From Thermofilaceae archaeon (GTDB lineage Archaea; Thermoproteota; Thermoprotei; Thermofilales; Thermofilaceae): a stretch of 64,000 nucleotides of DNA. The DNA lies in the NCBI GenBank assembly GCA_038727095.1, contig JAVYWK010000005.1:1-64000 (forward strand), given 5' to 3'. Below the pieces are notes generated by a model. That model did not search any database. It was not told the origin of the DNA and saw nothing but the letters and a program-made list of their open reading frames with translations. Below, piece by piece: positions 1 through 10,758 of the stretch. The stretch's first letter is position 1, and each line of letters begins with the position of its first letter. The position numbers and the translations under genes are program-made.

Positions 1-128
1 ACTGCTTGAGCTGCCGAACCACCCTTGTCACAGAGAGCGAAGTGATGGATCACGTCACTAGGGGGCACGTGATCTCCCCGCGACTGCTGGAGGAGGAGGT
101 TCACGAGGACGTTTACGCGGGTGATTAG

Positions 129-2970
<2,842 letters not shown>

Positions 2971-2973
2971 GAG

Positions 2974-2997
2974 GCTGATCGTCTTTCGGCGATCAGC
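2974..2997. terminator. Hairpin between convergent korB and cas6
   Basis: GCTGATCG-N8-CGATCAGC inverted repeat just after the korB stop. Confidence 0.4.
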
Positions 2998-3063
2998 TCG
3001 ATCACGCGGTTCCCGTCATAATATACGTGCCCCTGCAACCGGTCTCCGGCCGGCGGCCCGGCG

Positions 3064-3912
3064 CTATTCCTCCTGACCTTCCGCCCCCCTGACGCTTTCC
3101 TCCTGTTGGTCTCCGATTACTCTGACTCTACCGAAGCCGATCGAGGTGGAGACGCCGACGCCCAGCCGCTCCGCCAGCTTGAGGGCCGCGAGAAGCACCG
3201 GTAGATCCTCGTCCCCCCTCATCGCTATTGTCGCGCGGCCCATGAATGCGGGAACAATCCTCCCCTCGCCGATGTCAACGTACACTCGCTCGACCCGCGG
3301 CGTCCCGGCGAGCTCAACGGCTTTGTGCACGCGCTCCGCCACGGGTTTCGTGTCCACGCCCGAGACGCCCGCGTACTTCTTCAGCGCGCTGACAAGAGTT
3401 CTCACGGGTGAGGGGTAGAGGACGTTGTACCCGTAGAACTGGTAGCAGGTCGGCGCGGCGAACTCCAAGTTTTTCGCTACGACCCTGGATGGAGGGGGGC
3501 TTGGCTTTGGGGCCTCCACCTGCTCGAAGGAGACGCCGGAGAGCTCGAGCCGGGTGGCCGGCTCGTCGATCACCGGCTCGCTGACGAGAGCGTCGATGAA
3601 GACCTTCGCTAGAACCTCGTCGAGGAAGTGGTAGCGGAACTTGAGCTGCTGGCCGGCCTCCACCACCCTCCAGCCGAAGCGGGGGTGCGGCCTCCCGTTG
3701 AGGCCCGTGTGAAAGCCCGAGAGCAGGTACCTCCCCTCTAGCAGCGGGGGTTCCGCTACGAACGGCTTTCTCTCCCTCTTACTGAACTCGACGCCCCTCC
3801 TCTTCAGCACGTCGTACAGCACTCTGACGGCGAAGCTGCCGCTCCATGCCGTCACGACGAACTGCTTCAACGGCACAAGATCAACCGTGAAGGCGCAAAT
3901 CGAGGCGGGCAC
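3064..3912 (-). CDS. cas6: CRISPR-associated endoribonuclease Cas6 (stand-alone)
   Basis: C-terminal Gly-rich loop LGVGVSTSIGFGRV, LEFAAPT strand and YPSP..LVSALKKY helix typical of Cas6 RAMPs. Confidence 0.8.
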   Translation of the reverse strand: MPASICAFTVDLVPLKQFVVTAWSGSFAVRVLYDVLKRRGVEFSKRERKPFVAEPPLLEGRYLLSGFHTGLNGRPHPRFGWRVVEAGQQLKFRYHFLDEVLAKVFIDALVSEPVIDEPATRLELSGVSFEQVEAPKPSPPPSRVVAKNLEFAAPTCYQFYGYNVLYPSPVRTLVSALKKYAGVSGVDTKPVAERVHKAVELAGTPRVERVYVDIGEGRIVPAFMGRATIAMRGDEDLPVLLAALKLAERLGVGVSTSIGFGRVRVIGDQQEESVRGAEGQEE

Positions 3913-4318
3913 CGAGTACTCGGCGTGGCAGCGCTCCTAAAACGTTAACTCCTGCGCTCGCAGCTCTTCACTCTCGGGAAAGCTTGCCGATTGTCCACCG
4001 TGCGCCCTCAGGGCTCCGCTTTTCGGTTAGACCCTTTTACTTCGTATGCGCCTTAGCTGGGCAACAGCTTTATTCTCCGGGGTGGCTAGGCTGATCTCGC
4101 GAGCTTCACACGGGCGGCGCCATAATGGGGCAAGGCTTCTTGAGGACCCGCTTTCCCCGGCTTGGGAATCCCCTGTTGCTGCGGAGGTGAAAATTTATGT
4201 GTCCTGGGGGTCGACTGGAGCTTCAAGGTCGAGTATTGCGCCGCCCCTGCCCTTACAGCACGTACTGTGCCCCTCGAAAGCCTCTGTGTCTTTTGCGTGC
4301 CGAGACTTTCGCGGTATT

Positions 4319-4362
4319 CACGAGAAAACGTTTTTCTACCTGTTTAACGCATTTTTCTCGTG
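4319..4362. promoter_or_regulatory. 10-bp inverted repeat spanning the upstream region and start codon of the coiled-coil gene
   Basis: CACGAGAAAA (4319-4328) and TTTTCTCGTG (4353-4362); the right arm contains the GTG start. Confidence 0.4.
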
Positions 4363-4860
4363 ACTGAGCAGCTGCTCTCCGTCGCAGTCGACAAAGCTGT
4401 CGAGGTTGTCTGGAGGAAGTTAGAGAGGGGTGAGAGGCTGAAGGTTGAGGATCTAGTCGTAATACTGATCGCTACGGTAAAGGATGTCTACGGTGGGCTA
4501 GAAAGGCTGAGAGAGTTTGTCGATCACAGGGTTGCAGAGATCCACCTGAGAATCGATAGGCTGAACGATAGGATCGGTGAGACGGAAGAGAGGATACTAG
4601 AGACGAATAAGAGGATCGACACTCTCGGGGCTGAGCTAAACGCTAGGATCGCAGAGACAAACAAAAGGATTGATGTACTGGGAGCAGAGCTAAACGCGAG
4701 GATTGCGGAAATGAATAAGAGGATTGATAACGTTTACGGGGTGCTGGGTGAAATACAGAAGACTATGGCGGGCGTTCAGAACACCATGCTCGAGATTCTG
4801 AAAGTGCTTGCGGAGCTTCAGCGGGATGTAGCCGAGCTTAAGGGAACCTTACAGAAGTAG
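4360..4860 (+). CDS. Repeat-containing coiled-coil protein (paREP15-like)
   Basis: KLERGERLKVEDL N-terminus and 18-aa ETNKRID..GAELNARIA repeats; family name from recall. Confidence 0.7.
   Translation: MTEQLLSVAVDKAVEVVWRKLERGERLKVEDLVVILIATVKDVYGGLERLREFVDHRVAEIHLRIDRLNDRIGETEERILETNKRIDTLGAELNARIAETNKRIDVLGAELNARIAEMNKRIDNVYGVLGEIQKTMAGVQNTMLEILKVLAELQRDVAELKGTLQK
4600..4728 (+). repeat. 54-nt intragenic tandem repeat, about 2.4 copies
   Basis: GAGACGAATAAGAGGATCGAC / GAGACAAACAAAAGGATTGAT / GAAATGAATAAGAGGATTGAT at 54-nt period. Confidence 0.85.
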
Positions 4861-5213
4861 AAATCCTCATCAGTAGCTTGAAGTTGCACCTACTCTCCCG
4901 CGACTTCTGTGAAGTGCGTTACTCTCATTTTTCGCGGTAACCGAAGCCCTCTGAGGCCGCGTGCAGCTAGGCTGGAAGCTTTACAGCGCACACCCCTGTG
5001 TATGCCGAGCAATGCCGCCCGCATACGGGCTTTAAGCCGATGCTTGAGCTAAGTTGCGTAGCCCTCTTCGGCTTTCCCAGTCGAGTATCGAGTAGCCTTC
5101 ACGCGCCATTGGGGGAAGTAAGGAACCTCCTAGGCTTCAGGCGCATTGCTGAAGACGCTCAGTATTCCTGATGGTGCACAATGTTTAATTAGAAGTTGCT
5201 GAACATAGAAGTC

Positions 5214-5738
5214 ATGAGTGATGTCCTGAGGAGGGTTAAGGAAAGGCGCTCGTTGAGCGAGAGGATTGCCTCCTACATACCGGGTTACCGGGGCTACAAG
5301 GAGAAGGAACTCAGGAGGGAGGCCGACCGATTGATCAGGGAGCACCTGCTCAGGAGGTTGGAGCCGGCCTACCGGGACTTTAAGAGCAACATGCTGGCAG
5401 TAGCGGCGTCCGGGGACCCGGCGCTCATGTCGGTCTACAACCAGACCCAGGCGCTCTTCGACAGGGTCATCTCGAAGCTGAGGACGGCGAGCTACGGGTA
5501 CAGCGGGTTCTTCGACGCTGTGAAGATCCGGGAAAGGGAGCTCGATAGGATGCTGGAGTACGACTGGGGGCTCGTCCAAGCCGTTGAGGAGCTGGCTTCG
5601 GCCGCCAGGGCGGTGGCGGCCGCGGAACCCTCGAAACTGCCCGATGCTCTGGGCAACCTAAGGAGCAAGCTTCTCTCCTTCGAGGAGATACTGACCAAGC
5701 GCGAGGAGGTTATAAGGGGCGTAGTGGGTGAGATCTGA
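5214..5738 (+). CDS. Conserved helical hypothetical protein, first gene of the SPFH operon
   Basis: IPGYRGYKEKELRREAD and YGYSGFFD motifs; stop overlaps the next ATG (TGATG). Confidence 0.75.
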   Translation: MSDVLRRVKERRSLSERIASYIPGYRGYKEKELRREADRLIREHLLRRLEPAYRDFKSNMLAVAASGDPALMSVYNQTQALFDRVISKLRTASYGYSGFFDAVKIRERELDRMLEYDWGLVQAVEELASAARAVAAAEPSKLPDALGNLRSKLLSFEEILTKREEVIRGVVGEI

Positions 5739-6733
5739 TGCCGCAGGTCATCGAGTGGGTGAACCCGGGGCCGAACGATATCGTCTGGCGCTACCCGAGG
5801 ACTGACATCGAGTGGGGCGCCCAGCTGATCGTCCACGAGTATGAGGTGGCTGTCTTCTTCCGGGACGGGAAGGCCTACGACGTGTTCGGGCCCGGTAGGC
5901 ACACGATTACGACGGCGAACCTGCCGCTGCTGACCTCCGTCCTCTCGAGGCTCGCGGGCTACCCCACGACGCCCTTCAGGGCGACGGTCATCTACGTCTC
6001 GACAAAGCAGTTCAGGGGGATGTTCGGCGGCAGGACGCAGACAACGGAGCTGGCTCCGCTGATGTTCAGGGGTAGCTACTGGTTCAAGGTCGACGACCCG
6101 AAGGTCTTCGTCATGGAGGTGGTCGGGGGGCAGAACCTCTTCACCACCGAGGCGGTGAACGAGTTCATCAGGGGCTTTATCAACGAGCGGCTCATCAAGT
6201 TCCTAGCGGGATACGACCTCGCCACGGTGTTCACCAAGGTGGATGAGGTCTCGTTCAAGGCGAAGGCGTTCCTCCTCGAGGAGATGCGCCGCATCGGCTT
6301 GGAGCTGATCGACCTGAAGTTTGAGGGCATCGACACAACGCCGGAGTACAGGGACCGTCTCTTCTGGCTGAAGCAGACTGGTGCTGCAACCTACGTGCTC
6401 CAGATGGATACCGCCAAGGCGGTGGCACAGGAGCTCGGCAAGTCCCCTGGAGCAGCTGTCGGCGCTGGCGTGGTGATGATACCTCCGCTGCTCGCGCCAC
6501 CCCCGCAGCCCGCTGCTCAAGCACCGGCTGCAGCCGCCCCACCGGCCGCTCCCCCAGCGCCTCCACCCACCAAGGCTTGCCCGCAGTGCGGAAGGCAGGC
6601 TCCGGCCGACGCCCTGTTCTGCCCCTACTGCGGGTACCGCTTCCCACCCCCGGCCAAGAAGTGCCCGAACTGTGGGAGGGAGGTTCCCGGTGACGCGGCC
6701 TTCTGCCCCTACTGCGGGTACAGGTTCCAGTAG
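5738..6733 (+). CDS. SPFH/band-7 domain protein (YdjI-like) with Pro/Ala linker and C-terminal double zinc ribbon
   Basis: IVWRYP..DIEWGAQLIVHEYEVAVFFRDG..FGPGRH..TANLP; two CPxCG..FCPYCG repeats. Confidence 0.85.
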   Translation: MPQVIEWVNPGPNDIVWRYPRTDIEWGAQLIVHEYEVAVFFRDGKAYDVFGPGRHTITTANLPLLTSVLSRLAGYPTTPFRATVIYVSTKQFRGMFGGRTQTTELAPLMFRGSYWFKVDDPKVFVMEVVGGQNLFTTEAVNEFIRGFINERLIKFLAGYDLATVFTKVDEVSFKAKAFLLEEMRRIGLELIDLKFEGIDTTPEYRDRLFWLKQTGAATYVLQMDTAKAVAQELGKSPGAAVGAGVVMIPPLLAPPPQPAAQAPAAAAPPAAPPAPPPTKACPQCGRQAPADALFCPYCGYRFPPPAKKCPNCGREVPGDAAFCPYCGYRFQ

Positions 6734-6741
6734 GTGAGCGC

Positions 6742-7047
6742 GTGAGGTACGGTAGCGTGGCGCTAGCGGTCGCCACCGCGTCGATCGGCGTGGTGCTCCT
6801 ACTCGTCAGCATCGGTTACGTCCACGCTTTGACGCTCGCCAGCATACCCCTGATCGCCCTCGGCTCGTGGACGCTGGCCTACGGCGTGCACGACCGTAGC
6901 AGCTACCACGGGTTCTGGGGCGGGCTGCTGGTCGGGTTGGGGTTAGCGCTGCTCCTAGAGCGGGTAACGGGCAACCTGCTGCTCAACTTCGCCGTCCTCA
7001 TTATCGCTCTCTCGATCGGGGGCCTTCTCTTAGCGCGCAAGGGGTGA
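6742..7047 (+). CDS. Small 4-TM membrane protein
   Basis: Four hydrophobic segments; GGTGAG SD-like motif upstream; operonic position. Confidence 0.7.
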   Translation: MRYGSVALAVATASIGVVLLLVSIGYVHALTLASIPLIALGSWTLAYGVHDRSSYHGFWGGLLVGLGLALLLERVTGNLLLNFAVLIIALSIGGLLLARKG

Positions 7048-7051
7048 GAAG

Positions 7052-7615
7052 ATCAGCTTCCTGAAGAAGATCGCTGAGAAGGTGACGCCGCCCCGGATGA
7101 AAATCGACTTAGCGCTCAGCAAGTACCTGTACGCGCTGGGAGAGGAGGTTGAAGGCTCTTTGAGCGTGGTCTCAGAGGAGGTAGTCGACAGCGATGAAAC
7201 CCGCATAGAGTTCACGTGCGTGGAGAGCAACAAGGTTAGGAAGCGCGTTTACAACCCCAGCTTAAAGAGAGAAGTTGAGACAGAGACTTGGGAATCCACC
7301 ACCCTTCACAACCAGAAGATACCCCTCTCCGGGCCCCTGCACTTTGAGCCGGGTTCCGCAGCCACATTCAAGTTCAGCTTCGCGATCCCCCCTACACTCC
7401 CTCCCACCATCAAGAGCGCTTCGAGGAGGGTGGAGTACAGGGTGAAGGGCGTGGTCGCGGTGAGAGGGAGGCCCGACGCGACTAGTAGAACGATTGAGAT
7501 CTCCGTCGCCGAGCCGGGGTCGGTGAAGAGGAACGTAAAATGCCTCTACTGCGGAACAATGTACCCGGAAGACCTCACCAACTGCCCGCACTGCGGCGCA
7601 CCTCGCACGCGGTAA
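7052..7615 (+). CDS. Arrestin-fold/Spo0M-like protein with C-terminal zinc ribbon; probable ATC start
   Basis: Y.LGEEVEGSL.V, FKFSFAIPPTLPPT, VEYRVKG arrestin-N pattern; CLYCG..CPHCG; frame open upstream of GTG 7082 giving (M)SFLKKIAEK after a GGTGAG SD. Confidence 0.7.
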   Translation: MSFLKKIAEKVTPPRMKIDLALSKYLYALGEEVEGSLSVVSEEVVDSDETRIEFTCVESNKVRKRVYNPSLKREVETETWESTTLHNQKIPLSGPLHFEPGSAATFKFSFAIPPTLPPTIKSASRRVEYRVKGVVAVRGRPDATSRTIEISVAEPGSVKRNVKCLYCGTMYPEDLTNCPHCGAPRTR

Positions 7616-7735
7616 CTCAACATCCAACAGGGGTTGCAATTTCTCCAGCAATCTAAGCTGGAAACGAGAGCAGGCTGATTCGCAACCGAAACACTCGCTA
7701 GGTTTTATTAGGCAGGGCCAGGGTTACTCAATCCG

Positions 7736-7784
7736 ATGATGAGCTCAGGCGGCTTAGAAGGGTGATATAATCAGCCTTGACTGA
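7736..7784 (+). ncRNA. Box C/D guide sRNA, both guides complementary to the 16S rRNA helix-27 region
   Basis: C ATGATGA 7736-42, 12-nt guide, D' TAGA 7755-58, C' GTGATAT 7762-68, 12-nt guide, D CTGA 7781-84; TATA-like TTTTATTA at 7703-7710. Confidence 0.8.
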
Positions 7785-7873
7785 GCTTTCCTACCGAGAG
7801 CCTCGAAAGATCTATCACTCGGATTAGGATTAAAAAGAAAAAAGAAAAATGCTTTTAATAAACCGTTGGGGTT

Positions 7874-7987
7874 TTACTTCTTGGGTGGCACTTTAGCTGT
7901 CCTGTGCTTCCTGATCATGTGCATTCGCAGTGAGATCTCTCTGTCGAATTTCTTTCCGCACTCTGGGCAAGTGAATTCCGCGCTCAT
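7874..7987 (-). CDS. 37-aa single C2H2 zinc-finger protein (not in ORF track)
   Basis: MSAEFTCPECGKKFDREISLRMHMIRKHRTAKVPPKK fits F-x-C-x2-C-x3-F-x5-L-x2-H-x4-H; upstream CTTAAATA TATA and AGGTGA; downstream T-tracts on the minus strand. Confidence 0.85.
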   Translation of the reverse strand: MSAEFTCPECGKKFDREISLRMHMIRKHRTAKVPPKK

Positions 7988-8356
7988 CGTGTTGTAGATA
8001 TCACCTTTGGTATTTAAGCTTAACTTTTATGAATCCTCTCTGCAACTGCCCCATGCCCTGACTAATTTATCCCCTTAACGCTCGAGCATGAACAAGCTTT
8101 CCTAAGGTTGACGAGAGATTTTTCAGAGAATACCAGCCCCATATGGATCTGAATAATCTCCGAACTTCGCTCCGATCATCTGGAACCGGTCGCCGGCTGT
8201 GTGCAGGGATCCTAGAAGGATCAGTCAACCGGGCACTCTTCATCCCTTCCGGTCGTTAGACTCCCTTCTCATCAGCTAATGTAGCTTGTCTGCAGCCGCT
8301 TTAAACTCTCGCTCCTCGAGGTAAGCGTTTTTACCGCCCGTTACGACAGGGCTGGC

Positions 8357-9118
8357 GTGGATGAGGTACACATAGTGACTGTGGGGACCAGCATCGTCAG
8401 GAACGCTGCGCAGGACCCCGGGCTACCCCCGGACTTGGCGGATCGGGTTAGGAGGTGGGCGCGCGCAACACCTGGATCCAAGGATGACGTGGAGGCCGGA
8501 GAGAGGGGGGTTCCGGGGCAGCCGGAGTTTAGAGCGCTCTATGAGATCTTGAAGGTGAAACCTCGCGAGCTGAGCGCGGAGTTGAACGCCATGTGGAGGT
8601 ACCTCGATGAAGGCCGGGTGGGGTTGGCCGAGCTGCTGGCGACGGACTCAGGCGTGTGCGAGCTCTGCGCCAGGCTGCTGAAGGAGTACCTCACCGCGAC
8701 ACACGGGGTGAAAGCTGAGGTTTACAGGGTGGAGAAGCTCGGTAGGGACTTCGAGGAGGGCCTCTACAACCTGCTGGACCGGATAACGGCTCTGGCAGTG
8801 AAGCACAGGGGGAGGAGCATCTACTTGAACGCGACTGGGGGGTTTAAACCGGAGACAGCCGTCGTCTACGCGGCGGCCTGCCTGCTGGGCTTCGACCGCG
8901 TGTACTACATCCACGAGGCGATGAGGGAGGTGGTGGAGATACCGACGATACCCCTCGCTGTCCACAGCGATTACCTGCGAGCTCTCGAGCTGCTTGCCGC
9001 CGGAGCCCCGGCTGATAAGCTTGCCGCGGAGCTCGAGCGGAGGGGGATCATCACGCGAGTGGGGAGGGAGTACAGGCTCAGGAGGTGGGTCGAGCGTCTA
9101 ACTAGAGCTACAGCGTGA
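8357..9118 (+). CDS. CRISPR-associated CARF protein, APE2256/SSO1393 (Crn1-like ring nuclease) family with C-terminal wHTH
   Basis: HIVTVGTS, SAELNA, LLATDS, YLNATGGFKPET, YYIHE motifs. Confidence 0.8.
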   Translation: MDEVHIVTVGTSIVRNAAQDPGLPPDLADRVRRWARATPGSKDDVEAGERGVPGQPEFRALYEILKVKPRELSAELNAMWRYLDEGRVGLAELLATDSGVCELCARLLKEYLTATHGVKAEVYRVEKLGRDFEEGLYNLLDRITALAVKHRGRSIYLNATGGFKPETAVVYAAACLLGFDRVYYIHEAMREVVEIPTIPLAVHSDYLRALELLAAGAPADKLAAELERRGIITRVGREYRLRRWVERLTRATA

Positions 9119-9191
9119 GCGTTTGCGCGGAAACAACGGATTGTGCCGGCGACCGCTACGGCTGTGAAGGCCTGAGGGCTTCGGCGCCGCT

Positions 9192-10154
9192 CTACCTGAT
9201 CTCAGCTCTCGCTACAACTACGCCAGAGGATTCCAGCCACTTCTTCACCCTGAATCCAGACTCTTCCAGGAGCTCGCGTAGCTCGCTGCTACGGGGTGGT
9301 GGCCTGTAGGCGCCGAGGAGGTAGTCGGGGAGGCAGGTGACGAGGCCCGCCGACGAGTAAACGGACTGCAGTATGGCGAGGAAGCCGCCGTCCTTCAAGC
9401 AATCTCTCACGGTGCTGAGGGCTAGCCTCGGGTTGAAAACCCAGTGGAGTATGTCAGCCATGAGGGCGGCGTCAACTTTCTCCTGCAGCTTTAGCTCCTC
9501 CGGTAGATAGCGGACGAAGGTGACTCGGGGCTGCTGGCCCATCAGCCTAACCGTCCTCTCGATGACAGAGATGTTTTCGGGGTGCGGCTCGGCCGCGATC
9601 ACGTGGGCCCTCGTCATCTCGAGGAGAGCGACTGTAGAGGTACCGATCCTTGGGAGTACATCTACGATCTTTGCGGTCTCGGGCAGCCGGTTCAACCCCG
9701 TCTCCTCCACGGCTATCTCTATCGTTAAGCGGTAAGCGAGATTCCCGAGGAGCTTCGCGTAGGGAGCCCTTGCCTCCGTAAGGCTGGGTTTCTCACCCGT
9801 TTCCAGCGCCCTCGGGAGGTTGGAGAGAGCGTAGTCGATGGCGGGGATCAGGTCTGAGGCTTCAACGGTGGTTACATGAGGTCTCTCGGGCCTCGATACG
9901 AGCTTCATCCTGTCTCCAACCCACTTAGCGTACCCTTCCTCAACGAGTAGATCGATCACGTACTTGGCCAGGTCCTTATCCGCGTGCTCCCACCACGGTT
10001 TCTCCTGCAGAGAGTCCAGAATGCCGTGCTCCTCAAGCATCTGGACCAGCTTCCAAGTGATGTACTTCGACAGCTCTTCGCTCACGCGGATAACGTGCAA
10101 TGCCTCCCTCGGGCTTCTCAGGAACTTCCTGATGAAGTAGCTACTGAACGACAT
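9192..10154 (-). CDS. Class I SAM-dependent methyltransferase-like protein with N-terminal wHTH
   Basis: IVDVLPRIGTS (degenerate motif I), VDAALMADILHW, LKDGGFL, LLEESGF; ATG at 10154 next to the upstream stop. Confidence 0.7.
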   Translation of the reverse strand: MSFSSYFIRKFLRSPREALHVIRVSEELSKYITWKLVQMLEEHGILDSLQEKPWWEHADKDLAKYVIDLLVEEGYAKWVGDRMKLVSRPERPHVTTVEASDLIPAIDYALSNLPRALETGEKPSLTEARAPYAKLLGNLAYRLTIEIAVEETGLNRLPETAKIVDVLPRIGTSTVALLEMTRAHVIAAEPHPENISVIERTVRLMGQQPRVTFVRYLPEELKLQEKVDAALMADILHWVFNPRLALSTVRDCLKDGGFLAILQSVYSSAGLVTCLPDYLLGAYRPPPRSSELRELLEESGFRVKKWLESSGVVVARAEIR

Positions 10155-10155
10155 G

Positions 10156-10518
10156 CTACTCTTCGACCTCGAGGAGGTCGAGCTCCCTGAGCAGCTCCAG
10201 GGCTTCCTCAACCCTCGGCGGTAACACACCCCTCCTGATCGCGTCGAGGAAGGGCTTCAGATGGGAGGGTACTAGAGTTTCGTCCTTCACTCGTATTCGG
10301 GCGATGTCGAAGGGTTTACGGGCGGGGACGTTGCTTACAGGGCGGAAGTCTCGCAAGCCTAAGTTAGCGTCCACCAGCAGAAGATGCGGTTGACCGCAGT
10401 AGGGGCAAATGAACGCGTGCAAGCCCTCCCTGTGTATTTGAACGAGTGAAGCCTCCTGGCATTGGCTGCACGAGATCCGCACCTGTTTGGATTTCATCCT
10501 TAGCTCAGCCATGCTCAC
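10156..10518 (-). CDS. Zinc-ribbon protein
   Basis: CSQC..CPYCG; directly upstream of the methyltransferase; alternative ATG at 10512. Confidence 0.7.
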   Translation of the reverse strand: MSMAELRMKSKQVRISCSQCQEASLVQIHREGLHAFICPYCGQPHLLLVDANLGLRDFRPVSNVPARKPFDIARIRVKDETLVPSHLKPFLDAIRRGVLPPRVEEALELLRELDLLEVEE

Positions 10519-10758
10519 TACGCGTCTACTTTAAACTTTTTAAGTTTAGCTTCTCTTTTAGAGGAGAGAAAAGTAGACCAGAAGTTGTTCTATTAAAAAT
10601 TTCGCTATACTTGCTTATAAATGGTAACTTTACAGGGCTCGCTTGGCTAGTCTGCCGAGGTAACTGGCAATCCAGTTTGAAAATCACTTCTTCGAGCAGT
10701 TGAGAACCCATCGTTTCTCAACTATTCCGGGCAAGCTTTTAATCATGGGGGGTGAGTA

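Noticed and set aside
4046-4363. ORFs upstream of the coiled-coil gene
   Set aside because: Atypical composition and no motifs; likely non-coding or decayed DNA
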